From contig OX597821.1 in NCBI GenBank assembly GCA_951406725.2, positions 71,734,001-71,798,000 on the forward strand: a stretch of DNA of 64,000 nt, read 5' to 3'. Source of the DNA: Octopus vulgaris (Eukaryota). The position numbers and the translations under genes are program-made. Below are positions 52,858-64,000 of the stretch, one piece after another; the stretch's first letter is position 1, and every line of letters begins with the position of its first letter. The notes below the pieces were generated by a model. That model was not told the origin of the DNA. It saw only the letters and a list, made by a program, of their open reading frames with translations, and did no database searches.

Positions 52858-53748
52858 ACAATAAATGTATATATTGACTCAGACTGTTGTTTACCTGTGG
52901 TTGTCATTAGCAGTTATAGAGACCAAATCCCAGGTTAGACAATAAACCGTCTCCTAGCTGTAAAGCTTCCTACTGAACCAACCTGGGAGTTGTGGCTGAT
53001 TCCTTTTCCTTCCTCATCTCAAAAATCCTCCTAAAATCACGGGTGTTTTCCATACTCCTCTGACTGAGACTAAAAAAAAAAAAACTGTGCTATAAAACGA
53101 CATAGACTTGGTAACAAATAAAAGTCAGGCAGCCATATTTGGCACCATGGCTCTACTCAAGTTTTACACACATTTCGTAAGTTATCATTAGTAATATTCA
53201 GACCTAATTTTAGGGATGGGGATACATGGCCCTACTCCTGACAAATATGGCTTCTATTTACGTTTCAGAAGTTTTGGGTCTATTATTAAAGTATCTCTGA
53301 TATGTTGCACAGTTTTCTAGAAATGACAGTTATTCCCAAATGAGAGAGATGATGTTATTTGAGGGAAACTGTAAACTTCGTAGGATTGCAGACCACAAAT
53401 TTTCAACTACGGTTTCTTAATCACGAACAGCTTCCAAAAGAAAATAGAAACAATAACAATGAATATACTTATTTAAAAAGTATATGGGAGTGTGTATGCT
53501 TATGTATTATATTTATATATGTATATATGCGTGGTACCGACATATATTTATATATATGTGTGTGTTTGTGTGTGTGTGTGTGTGTGTGTATACATATGCA
53601 TACATACGATTTATATACATAAATATATATACATACGCATATACGTCTTTAATTATGTATATATGTATATATATATATATATATACACACACACATACAC
53701 ACAGAAACATAAGTATATGCATAAATATACACACATATATATGCATAG

Positions 53749-53825
<77 letters not shown>

Positions 53826-53970
53826 CGTGTGCGTGTGTGTAAGCTTTATGGTGTAAGCGTCGCAAAACAATTCCCGGAATTGCTCAAACAAAATTCGTTG
53901 GAAATCTTCCAATGAGCTTTCTAGCCTCTGTAGTTACGGAGATACGGGAATCGTTATTGGTAATGAGATA

Positions 53971-53976
53971 TCATCG

Positions 53977-54007
<31 letters not shown>

Positions 54008-54235
54008 GTTCCTTGCTGGTCCATGTTCCATGCTGGCATGAGTAAGACAGTTTTACTGGATCCGAGGAGTTCAAAGTACTGCATCGTACTCTAGTATTTG
54101 TTTTGGTATGATTCCTTAGGCTGGATGCCCTTTGTAACACCAACCCCTTTACATAATGTGCTGCAGGCTTTTTCGCGTCATCAGTGCTAGTGGCATATCT
54201 TGCCATGCAATACGACGAGCCCCAGAGAAATCTGC
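53971..54235 (-). mobile_element. decayed RTE-type SINE/LINE end with (ATG)n tail
   Basis: (CAT)n, then ccatgctggcatg...ggctggatgccct...caccaacc, a motif I associate with RTE-related elements. Confidence 0.5.
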
Positions 54236-54576
54236 TTTATTATACCGGGTGTCTTGTCTCAGAAGAGCGACATGACTACACACATTTTAGAAGAGAGGGT
54301 AAGAGTGATCGGCTGGAGATACGGTGGTGAAGATAAATTGAGGATAATTAATAACACTTCTTCATTTATGTGTGTGTGTGTGTGTGTGTGTGTGACGCAT
54401 GAGGTGAGGAGGGAGACACTCGCTGCATGCAACATATTCCGACAAACAATTCACAGTCAATTACGATATTTCGAGGTTCGACATTTGTCTGTAATATAAA
54501 TATGGAACGGCGTAAACAACTGAGAAATATCACGCAAATCAAGCGCACGAGGAGCTTACATACTTATCTTATATAC

Positions 54577-54642
<66 letters not shown>

Positions 54643-54742
54643 GTACACACATTGACACACACACATATATATATATGTGTGTGTGTGTGAGTGCGTTTGT
54701 GTTGTGTTGTGTGTGTGTGTGTGTGTGTGCGTACACTATTTG

Positions 54743-55081
54743 GCAAAAATACTAAAATGCTATTAATCATGACGTACAAGACATTTAACTCAAGAAGAAG
54801 AAGAAGAAGAAGAAGAAGAAGAAGAAGAAGAAGAAGAACAACAACAACAACAACAACAACAACAACCAATGGCGGAAAGGTTATCTTCCACCCAGACTGC
54901 ACTCATTCAGTAGAAGTGAGTAGATAAACATGACAGCCTTGATAACAGAATACAGCACGGTCTTCAGTGATGTCTGAGACTTTCAAGTAAGTGGTAGCAA
55001 CCATAAATTGACGACATCTTATTTCAGATGAAAAATGCAATGAACGCCATTGCGTTGAATTGGGTTCGTCTTGAACTTCAC
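54743..55081 (+). repeat. dispersed duplication, copy 1 (copy 2 at 62248-62544)
   Basis: Near-identical ~220 bp plus shared upstream (AAG)n and flank. Confidence 0.92.
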
Positions 55082-55326
55082 CGATTGCTTGTATTACTCT
55101 TCTCAGTTACAATTTTATAAATCGCAGTAAAATAACCCATCATTTTGCTGTGATATTTTCCGTCTCTTATTCGTTTTTACTAACAGATTCTGGCTGAAAA
55201 AGAAGAGCATTTTTGTTTTGTTTTTAGTTTATATGGCCCTATTTCAATTTAAAAGGAAAACGGGCAAATTTTATTGACAGGGATTTATAAGGGAATTTGT
55301 TTTGTCACAGAATTTAGCGATATATT

Positions 55327-55977
55327 TCGGCCCAGTGCGTCCATGCTGCCAACAAAGCACGCGGAATTCTGTTCTTGATTCGACGGTCATTCGGAATGCT
55401 CACAGCAGCCATATTCCTACCACTCTATGTCACGCTGGTGAGACACATATTGGAGTACGGGATTCAAGCCTCTTCTCCTTATCTCCTCAAAGACATACAG
55501 CAACTCTAAAGAGTCCAGAAGCTGGCTACCCACATGGTTCATGGTCTCAAAAATTTGTCCTATGAAGAAAGGCTGAGGACGCTCGACCTTTGTTCTCTTG
55601 AAAAACGCCGCCGCCGTGGTGATCTCATTCTCGCCCACAACATCATAAGCGGAAAGTGTAACCTCTCGAAAGAGCTGTTCTTCACTCCTGCTCCAGAGCA
55701 TCGGCTGCGGGGTCATTCCGAAAAGTTCTACCTGCGACGATTTCATCTCAATCGAAGGAAAGGAGCTTTCTCCGTCCGGGGTTGCGGATCCGTGGAACAA
55801 GCTGCCAGACGAGATGGTGAAGATGCCGACGACCGCTTTGTTCAAAGCCTCCCTTGACCTCAAGTGGCCTGAACTCTTTACATGAACACCACCCTGTACT
55901 TAACTCCATGTCCCCCTACATGGCCTTGCTATTTGCTTTTGAGCCAAATTAACTAACTAACTAACTAACTAACTAAC
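55327..55977 (+). mobile_element. CR1-like LINE, 5'-truncated
   Basis: LYVTLVRHILEY..RVQKLAT..LSYEERLRTLDLCSLEKRRRRGDLI..LRGH..WNKLP..FKASLD; 3' UTR and (AACT)n tail; one stop and one frameshift. Confidence 0.92.
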
Positions 55978-56547
55978 ATTAATCCAGCACTTACTATCTC
56001 CTGTTGCCTCAAAATATATAATGAAAAAATTTAAAAAATCTAGCACCAAAAAATGAATATTTAATATTTTATCTACTACAATAAAATTCAGCCATGAAAA
56101 AGTAAATTTATTTTTTATTGTAAAATTATGTTGTTGTTTAACCCCCAGTTATCCTCAGCCGACATTCCATCCGTGACCTTTCCACATTTTACGTGCGTAT
56201 GTTTTCTCATACTCTGCTTTGCACTATATCACCCCGACATTTTTTTCTAATGACAACCGAATGTGGTATGATTTTCTCCTCGTATTGGATTCTTGATGTT
56301 GTTGAGTACCAGATCAACCCTAATCGAACAGACATGGGATCAGAGAATATTTAGGTATTGAAGCTATGACCATATTGTCTGATTCCAGCAATAGTATAAC
56401 TGGGACTTCGTTATCAAATGCATCGTAATTTTTGTTTCTATTTTTAGACGAGAGGGTGAGATTCGGTTATTGCTCTTAGAAAGTCGAACTCGCATGAAAA
56501 TCCTCCGTCATAGAATCGTGTAGGGAGTTGCTGAGTTCAGATATATT

Positions 56548-56946
56548 CTTTTCTACTCGAGGCACAAGGCTCGAAATTCCGAGGGGAGGGACCAGCCAAT
56601 TAAATCGACCCCTGTACGCAACTGGTACTTAATTTATCAACCCCGAAAGGATGAAAGGCAAAGTTGACCTCGGCGGAATTTGAACTCAGAGCGTAGAGAC
56701 AGACGAAATGCCTATTTCTTTATTACCCACAAGGGGCTAAACACAGAGGGGACAAACAAGGACAGACAAACGGATTAAGTCGATTATATCGACCCCAGTG
56801 CGTAACTGGTACTTATTTAGACGTCCCCGAAAGGATGAAAGGCAAAGTTGACCTCGGCGAAATTTGAACTCAGAACGTAGCGGCAGACGAAATACCGCAA
56901 AGAATTTCGCCCGGCGTGCTAACGATTCAGCCAGCTCACCGCCCTG
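56548..56946 (-). mobile_element. SINE family B dimer
   Basis: Same dimer as 38672-39070; TSD gagttcag(a/t)tatatt at 56533-56547 and 56947-56961. Confidence 0.9.
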
Positions 56947-57452
56947 GAGTTCAGTTATATTAACACCTAGTGAAAGCCATCAATCTACACCTTTATGTGA
57001 TTATCTTGTCATTAACAGAACAACACAAAACAAAAATATTCTGCTAAAAGAATTTCTGAATTAGTCAGGATCTCATTGGTCAATCAAAATAAGAAGAATA
57101 CACATAAGAAACCAAACAAAAAAAAAAACATCGAAGAAACAACAGAGTAGAAAGACAAACATCGAAACGATTGTTGGAAATATATTTAATATTTATTTAT
57201 TCATGGAGTTCACTTCTGTATCTCGTGTGTGTTTAATGGATGTTTGCTACTCACTGTGTTTTGGAGTTTGAAAGATAGAATAACATAACAAGAACCATTT
57301 CAAATGTTCGCAGGCAACAAATCTCACGTCTGATTATTGAAGGCGTTGATGTAAATGTGTGTCAAATTGTTAAGTATCAATCAACGAACATTTCAAATAT
57401 CGCCGAATTGTTGTCATGTGACATGGACAGCTTCTCATCCCATCTCACTAAT

Positions 57453-57720
57453 TCTTCTTCTTCTTCTTCTTCTTCTTCTTTTTCTTCTTCTTCTTCTTCT
57501 TCTTTTTCTCCTCCTTCTTCTTCTTCTTCTTCTTCTTCTTCTTCTTCTTCTTCTTCTTCTTCTTCTTCTTCTTCTTCTTCTTCTTCTTCTTCTCCTCCTC
57601 CTTCTTCTTCTTCTTCTTCTTTTTCTTCTTCTTCTTCTTCTCCTCCTCCTCCTCCTTCTTCTTCTTCTTCTTCTCCTACTCCTCCTCCTCCTTCTTCTTC
57701 TCTCCTTCTCTTCCATCTTC
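57453..57720. repeat. (TTC)n/(CTC)n polypyrimidine tract
   Basis: Direct reading; source of poly-E/R/S/L ORFs. Confidence 0.95.
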
Positions 57721-57737
57721 TTCTGGATGTCCCTGTG

Positions 57738-58510
57738 GCAGCATTTCGCCCGTCTTTACGTTCTGAGTTCAAATTCCGCTGAAGTCGACTTTGCCTTTCA
57801 TGTTTTCGGGGTCGATAGATTAAGTACCAGTGAAACACTGGGGTCGATGTAATCGACTAGCTCCCTTCCCCACTATTTCTGGCCTTGTGCCTTTAGTAGA
57901 AAGGATCATTATTATCATTGTTGTTGTTGGAGGTGGTGGTGGTGGTGGTGGTGGTGGTGGTGGTGTAATAGCAGGACGGGCAAGATGCTTAGCGGCATTT
58001 TGACCATCTTTACGTTCTGAGTTCAAATTACGCTTAGGTCGACTTTGCCTTCTTTCCTTTCGGGGTGTATGAAATAAGTCCCAGTTGCGCACTGGGGTTG
58101 ATATAAGCGACCAGCCACCCCACTGACAATTTAAGGCCCTGTGCCTATAGGAGAAAGGATTATTATTAAGTTTCCTTTGGAAGAGAAAGTTCGGGTGGAG
58201 AGAGAAGTGCTACCATTCAGCGAATTTGTGAAAAGATGGGGGATTGTGGCAAATATGGCAAGGGTGAATGGCGCTACTCTAAGTCCTCCTCATTTATACC
58301 CTTGTGGCTGCTGGCAGAATCGTTTGCACGCCGGGCGAAATGCTCAGCGGTATTTCGTCTGCCGCTACGTTCTGAGTTCAAATTCTGCCGAGGTGGACTT
58401 AGCCTGTCACCCTTTCGGAATCGCTAAAAAAAAGTGCCAGGATCGATGTTATCGACTTAGTCCCTCCCCAAACTCGCTGGTCTGGTGCCAAAATTTGAAA
58501 CCATTATTAT
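57738..58510 (+). mobile_element. three SINE family B copies in tandem orientation (57738-57910, 57970-58165, 58308-58510)
   Basis: Each has tacgttctgagttcaaatt...gact..gcct and a ...gtgcc tail. Confidence 0.85.
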
Positions 58511-59149
58511 TATGTTTACGTTTGCAAGAGAAAAAGAATTGTTTTGGGACTCATAAGTTGTTATCGAGTTTTGTTTTAAAGAAAGCAATTTTGTCCCCAT
58601 TTTGTTACTATAGCAACTACTACAGTGTGAGGTTGATTTTAAGAAATGATTCCCCTTCAAGGTGAACTTCGACGATTGTAACAGAGAGCTTACATACTTT
58701 TCAAAGAAAAAGAAAAGACAGTTTCGTAATTCCAGCCGATAGTTTGCTGCTCCAACAGCCAATACCTTACCAATTTTCTGGTGCTGCCTGATAACAGAGA
58801 ATGTATAAACAGACAAAAGTCAACAACAAAAACACGGTCGAAAACAATACAAATGAAAAAAAAACGTGAAAATAACACAACCACTGCGACGACAACTACC
58901 ACCAGAATCGACATCAACAATAAACAACAGCAACAACAACAATGGGCACGAAAACCAGAAATAAATTCAAAATGCAATTGACGATTCAACATGTTTGAAA
59001 ATTCCACCTTCCCCAACACCACCACCACTATTAACAACAACACAGATAAAAGTCACATCTCCAAAATTAACAAATGTAAAGTTTCTAGGTTTGCAACCAC
59101 TGTGCGAGAGGAAGAACCAATTAAATTACTTTTGATTTTTCGATTTTTC

Positions 59150-59525
59150 CAGTTTCAGCTAATGAGCTGTGGCCATGCTGGGGCACCGCCATTTATCTGT
59201 TTCTTTTTTAGTCGAATGTGTCGACCCCAGAATTTTTTTAATGATTTTCAACCAGTGCATGAAGTTAAGCCTAGAAGGTCTCTTCACGTACTAGAAATAA
59301 CCCCCTCAGTTATACTTTTTGGTTATTCTTCAATTCTTTTATTTTCTAAATATCGTTTTACCTATTTCTATCACTGGAGTGCGGCCATGCTGGGGCACCA
59401 TCTTGAGGAATTTTTAGTCGAATGTATCGACCCCAGAATCTATTTTAGGTGATTTTCAGCCAGCACATGAAGTTAAGCCTGTCCTAGAAGGTCTCTCCAC
59501 ATGCTAGAAATAATAGCCAAATCTT
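59150..59525 (+). repeat. diverged ~212-bp tandem duplication of a SINE A end / family D junction
   Basis: ggccatgctggggcacc at 59171 and 59383, followed by tttttagtcgaatgt..cgaccccagaat..catgaagttaagcct..ctagaaataa in both units. Confidence 0.85.
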
Positions 59526-60803
59526 AAAAATAATTTTGTATAATTTCACGTAAACAAAAACGGAAATCACGGTTGTAAAAAAAAAACTTTTAAGAAAACA
59601 AAATATATTGAATCGAAAATAAAAAACAGTAGAACAGAATAACAGAGCACAAGACTCTTTACTACTCAATGTACATATTGTCTGAATTCTAACAAAAGGG
59701 AAAGCGTTTACTTCGGCACCATGACCGTGGGGCTTATGTCCGGGGGAGGGGGGCTTTGTCCACTTTCACACTTTAACTATGGGGCTTTTGTGCTAGGAGG
59801 CTTTTGTGCTATGAGCTTTTGTCCAACACTCATATACGACACACACACAGATAGAAGTTATTGTGGTCTTGCTTTTTACCGAAAGTATTTTCAGGTATAA
59901 ATGAAATGAAATACCTTTTGGTAATTCATCCATTTCTTCTCGGTGTTTCATTTATAAAGATACTAATGCCTTATGGAAACTGCATTTTAAAACTCGGCAC
60001 AGTTTGAACACAGAATCGTAAGGGTACCATACAGTATGTATAGATTCGAACTGTCTTACACTCTCAGTATAAATATATAAATAAATATTCGACAAAATCT
60101 TATATTATCAAATGGGCTGAAAGCATCTGTTGAGAAGAACGTTTCTGTGGGAATAAATTTGATAAGAATAAATTCTTTGATTAATCCTATAATTTATCAT
60201 TTTTCGTGGACATGATTTAACGCCTCCTGCTTCTCTCCCCTTGCACCTCTCACTCCTTCTCGAAATGATCTATATCTCACACACTGTCAGTTAGACACAG
60301 CTCTCGCTCTTTAATCAAAATATAAACATGTCTTTTAGTCTCTGCTTTATATCATTCAACGTTGGATATTTTAAAGCTCAATGGCAAGTCCTAATGCTAT
60401 TCTTGTTCAATATTTTAAACCTTTTTTTTATATATTTTTAACACTGCCATTGAATTTTGATATTTCTTTTTTTCTTGAATTCATCAAACCTAATTCGTTA
60501 ATTCTTACTCAGTAGGGTGTTTGGTGTCGAATCGTGTTAATGTGATATTTTTTCTTGTTGCAGATCTTATTGATGGGGTGGGGATTCGTTGAAAAGCTGG
60601 ATAACAGAATTAAAGGAGCGCCAAATACACAAAAATGTTTTGTAATATTCAATTATGAATCCTCAGATTTTGACTTCAAGTTTTGGTGAGATAAACTTTT
60701 CTTTTCACGAATACCGAACCGATAAAATAAATGTCAGCCGATCCATAGAAAATTACTTTTCTCTTCCAAGCCAAAATTAGTAAACATTATTAGTTTTCAT
60801 AGT

Positions 60804-61030
60804 AAGGCGGAGAGCTGGCAGAATCGTTAGCACACCGGACAAAATGCCGCTAAACATTTTGTCCGTCTTTACTTTCTGAGTTCAAATTATTCTGAGGTTG
60901 TCTTGCATTTCATCCTTTCGGGATCGATAAAATACGAACCAATAAAACACTAGGATTGATATAATTGACTCCCCCCCCCACACACACACACCGAAATTAC
61001 TGGCCTCGTGCCAAAAATTTAAAACCATTC
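60804..61030 (+). mobile_element. SINE family B monomer
   Basis: aggcggagagctggcagaatcgttagcac...tcatcctttcgggatcgataaaa. Confidence 0.85.
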
Positions 61031-61596
61031 TTACTATTCATAGAAAAATGTTTCTTTTTCTCTGACAGATTTATTTGAATTTTATTTGTATCTTTGGTGA
61101 CCCTGAAAAAATTGCTTTGCATGAGAGAAACTTAATTTTTCCAGTATTGTAAAACCTCACTATCCTTGTGAACATGTATTTAAAGACTTTTTCTTTGGGT
61201 TTACATCAAAAATCGCATTGGTAGAATCTGCCTTACTTCCTCAAATCAAGCTGGTGTTGTCTTTTTATTTTCATAACTGTGAATTCAATAAAAAATAAAC
61301 TATTCTAATCCTTTCAATCAACTGCTAACTTTTACGAACTAACAAGCGATTTTGAGAGCCGACGCCGACCGAAAAGCGCACCATTTTCTTCCGTATTCGA
61401 ACATCTTCGGATATTGATTTTTATTGTTCATCATTTTGAGTTTGATTAAACACGCTCGGAAGGATATTTCTTTCTGAGTTGCAGAAATATATAAAGATAA
61501 TGATGCTGAATGTGGTCGCATCTTTTAATTTTGAGTCCAAACTGAGGAGACTCTGTGTCTTCTTTTAACGTTATTTCTGTGGATTATGCTTTTCCA

Positions 61597-61705
61597 TGTG
61601 CATGGCCTAGTGGTTAAGGTGTTGTACTTACGATCGTGAGATTGCGATTTCAGTTCCTAGACCGGGTGGTGCGTTGTGTTCTAGAGCAAAACACTTCAGC
61701 TCACC
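61597..61705 (+). mobile_element. SINE family C head
   Basis: tggcctagtggttaagg...cgatcgtgag...gcgttgtgttctagagcaaaacactt. Confidence 0.7.
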
Positions 61706-62117
61706 AAGAGCCAGTCACATAGAATTGGCCAATTAATATGGCTGAAACATATAAAAGAATAACGGAATAAAGAATATATATGTATTTATATATACATATA
61801 TGTACAACAGCTCAAATCTGACCTCACAAACTACATATTATATTAAAAGCGAACGGAATAGGGTTTATTTAACGAGATAGCTTTTATAACATCACCTGAC
61901 GAGACACGTCTGCACCGAGAGATGCACCACAACCAGTTGTACAGTATCCCAACTGCAAGAGATTGAGACATGGTGGTTCGGAACGATCGTTGTGAGTGAT
62001 GAGGCTTCTCGTATTTTCTATTTTCCGTCTCAATCATTTGTTATCTATTTAAGGCTTTCATGGACACGAAACCTTTAAAGACTCTATGACCAGAATTTAA
62101 CTTTTTTGTGTTAATAC

Positions 62118-62209
<92 letters not shown>

Positions 62210-62247
62210 GTGTGTGCGTGTGTGTGTGTGTGTGTGTGTAATCTCTA

Positions 62248-62544
62248 GCAAAAATGCTATTAATCAAGAGTACAAGACATTTAGCTCAAGAAGAAGAAGA
62301 AGAAGAAGAAGAAGAAGAAGAAGGACAACCAATTTCGGAAAGGTTATCTTCCACCCAGACTGCACTCATTCGGTAGAAGTAAGTAGATAAACATGACAGC
62401 CTTGATAACAGAATACAGCACGGTCTTCAGTGATGTCTGAGACTTTCAAGTAAGTGGTAGCAACCATAAATTGACGACATCTTATTTCAGATGAAAAATG
62501 CAATGAACGCCAATACGTTGAATTGGATTAGTCTTGAAGTTCAC
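62248..62544 (+). repeat. dispersed duplication, copy 2
   Basis: See 54743-55081. Confidence 0.92.
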
Positions 62545-63654
62545 TTATTACTTGTTTCTTTAAAACGGGATTATCATTCCTGCTTGGTGGAAATGTGTTG
62601 AACAGTGAAAGTATTGTACAATAGAAGACAAGCATCTGGTTAGGTTTTCAATGCTGATTAAAAAATATTTCAAAAATGAAAATTAAGATAGAAGTGAATT
62701 CAGAACTTGACCCTTATCGCAGGCCAAAACATTGGAGTGGATAACGAAGCCAAAACTCAATCCAGTGGATATATGGTCCACTTCAAACTAACTAACCTTA
62801 TAAATCAGAAGCGGTATATTTTACAGAAGATCTCTCACAGGTTTTCACATTTGTCTGTGAATTCTGAGTTTTTTGAGAGTATCAATGATAGATTATAACT
62901 GTAGAAGTGATCATGATATGACGACGCTGGTGTCTGTGGCAGTAATGAGGACTCAGATTTTTATATTCTGAAAGGAATAAAATTGGGAATGATAACTGAT
63001 ACACTTTTCATAGTGGTAATCATCTATGGATTCATTCCAGAAGTTTACAGTTCTCTAGAGGTTTATTAGAATGCAACTGGGCTAATTGGCATAATTAGTT
63101 ACATTTTTACTACTTTTGTTGGTTACACAGTTTTATTCTATTTGCATGTTTTGCTGTGACAGCTGTTTCAAGTTATTTCAGTCATAATGTTTTCCTGTTG
63201 TATTGAGTATTTTCTTTATAGTCAAAAGGTTAACAGCGTTAAAAGGATCTTTCTGGATTAGAATAATCTCTACTTCGTTGTGGTTCGACAGACGTCGGGT
63301 ACTTCATCGGTCAGCCATAAATAAGGGAAAGAAAGTCTTGACTTCTTACATAGACCCCTATGAGTGACTACGTTTTACGGAATGCACGATTTATATTAAG
63401 TACATTAGTGGTACTTAATTATCGAACCGGATGGTGATGAGTTAAAATTAACCACAGCTGATTTGTACTTAGGAATTCGAGGATCGAGCCGAAATACTAA
63501 GAATATTGAAATACTCTTTGCTGCATAAGTCCCCGCTTTCTCTCTAAAATGCAAAAATATTCTGGTATAAAGCTTTGAGGATATGTCCTTATGTTGTATC
63601 ATTGTCTGGGTTATGTAGCAGTAGGTGGACGTAGGCATGTGTACGTGTGTGTTT

Positions 63655-63815
63655 GGTGGCAAGCATGGCTTTCTGATTAAAACGTTTACAATTCAGTTTC
63701 AGTTTAAATATTACTGCGTGGAGTCCTTTGGCAAGTATCTTTTGTCATAACCTTCAGTGATTAATTATATTGTGAATAAACTTTGGGAGACGGAAATTCT
63801 ATGGAAACCCATCGA
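63655..63815 (+). mobile_element. very old SINE family A 5' half
   Basis: actgcgtggagtcctttggcaagtatctt...gagacggaaattctatggaaacccatcg. Confidence 0.5.
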
Positions 63816-64000
63816 AGAAACTGTTCTATATATTTGTCTTCGATTTAATGGCACCAAGCTCAACACTGGTGCTTGAGTGCCTTTAGTGAGTGCATGTCGT
63901 TGCAAGTCTTAAATCTCTGATCTGTGTGCCATTTCTTCCTTTCCTCACACAAGTCTCAAGGCCATTAAAGAGAACATATAGTGTTCTTAGGGTTCTTCAA

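Noticed and set aside
62707-63233. Possible piggyBac-like ends (ttgaccctt ... aaggttaa)
   Set aside because: TIR similarity is too weak, the left TTAA is imperfect, and there is no transposase motif.

Overview
This is AT-rich, microsatellite-saturated eukaryotic (animal) DNA in which I recognise no intact host gene. The SINE families and repeat landscape resemble what I recall of octopus (coleoid cephalopod) genomes; this is inference, not a search result. Almost all supplied ORFs are translated microsatellites or SINEs. The real coding traces are decayed transposons: Tc1/mariner (rosa DD41D, maT DD37D, mariner), a Gypsy LTR/PBS/gag, R4/Dong-type RLE LINEs in (AAT)n, CR1/Jockey-type LINE ends, and a Penelope-type GIY-YIG remnant. 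Non-coding elements include a non-autonomous Helitron, Tigger-like MITEs and three tRNA-derived SINE families (working names A, B, C). The most interesting signal is a set of short ORF-less elements in or beside (AT)n tracts that carry minimal type I hammerhead-ribozyme motifs with palindromic stem III (best copy 43688-43739), with fold-back structures in the same (AT)n context. They look like Penelope-derived or retrozyme-like elements, and they also use the internal microsatellite of SINE A as a landing pad. Boundaries were read by eye and may be off by a few to tens of bases.
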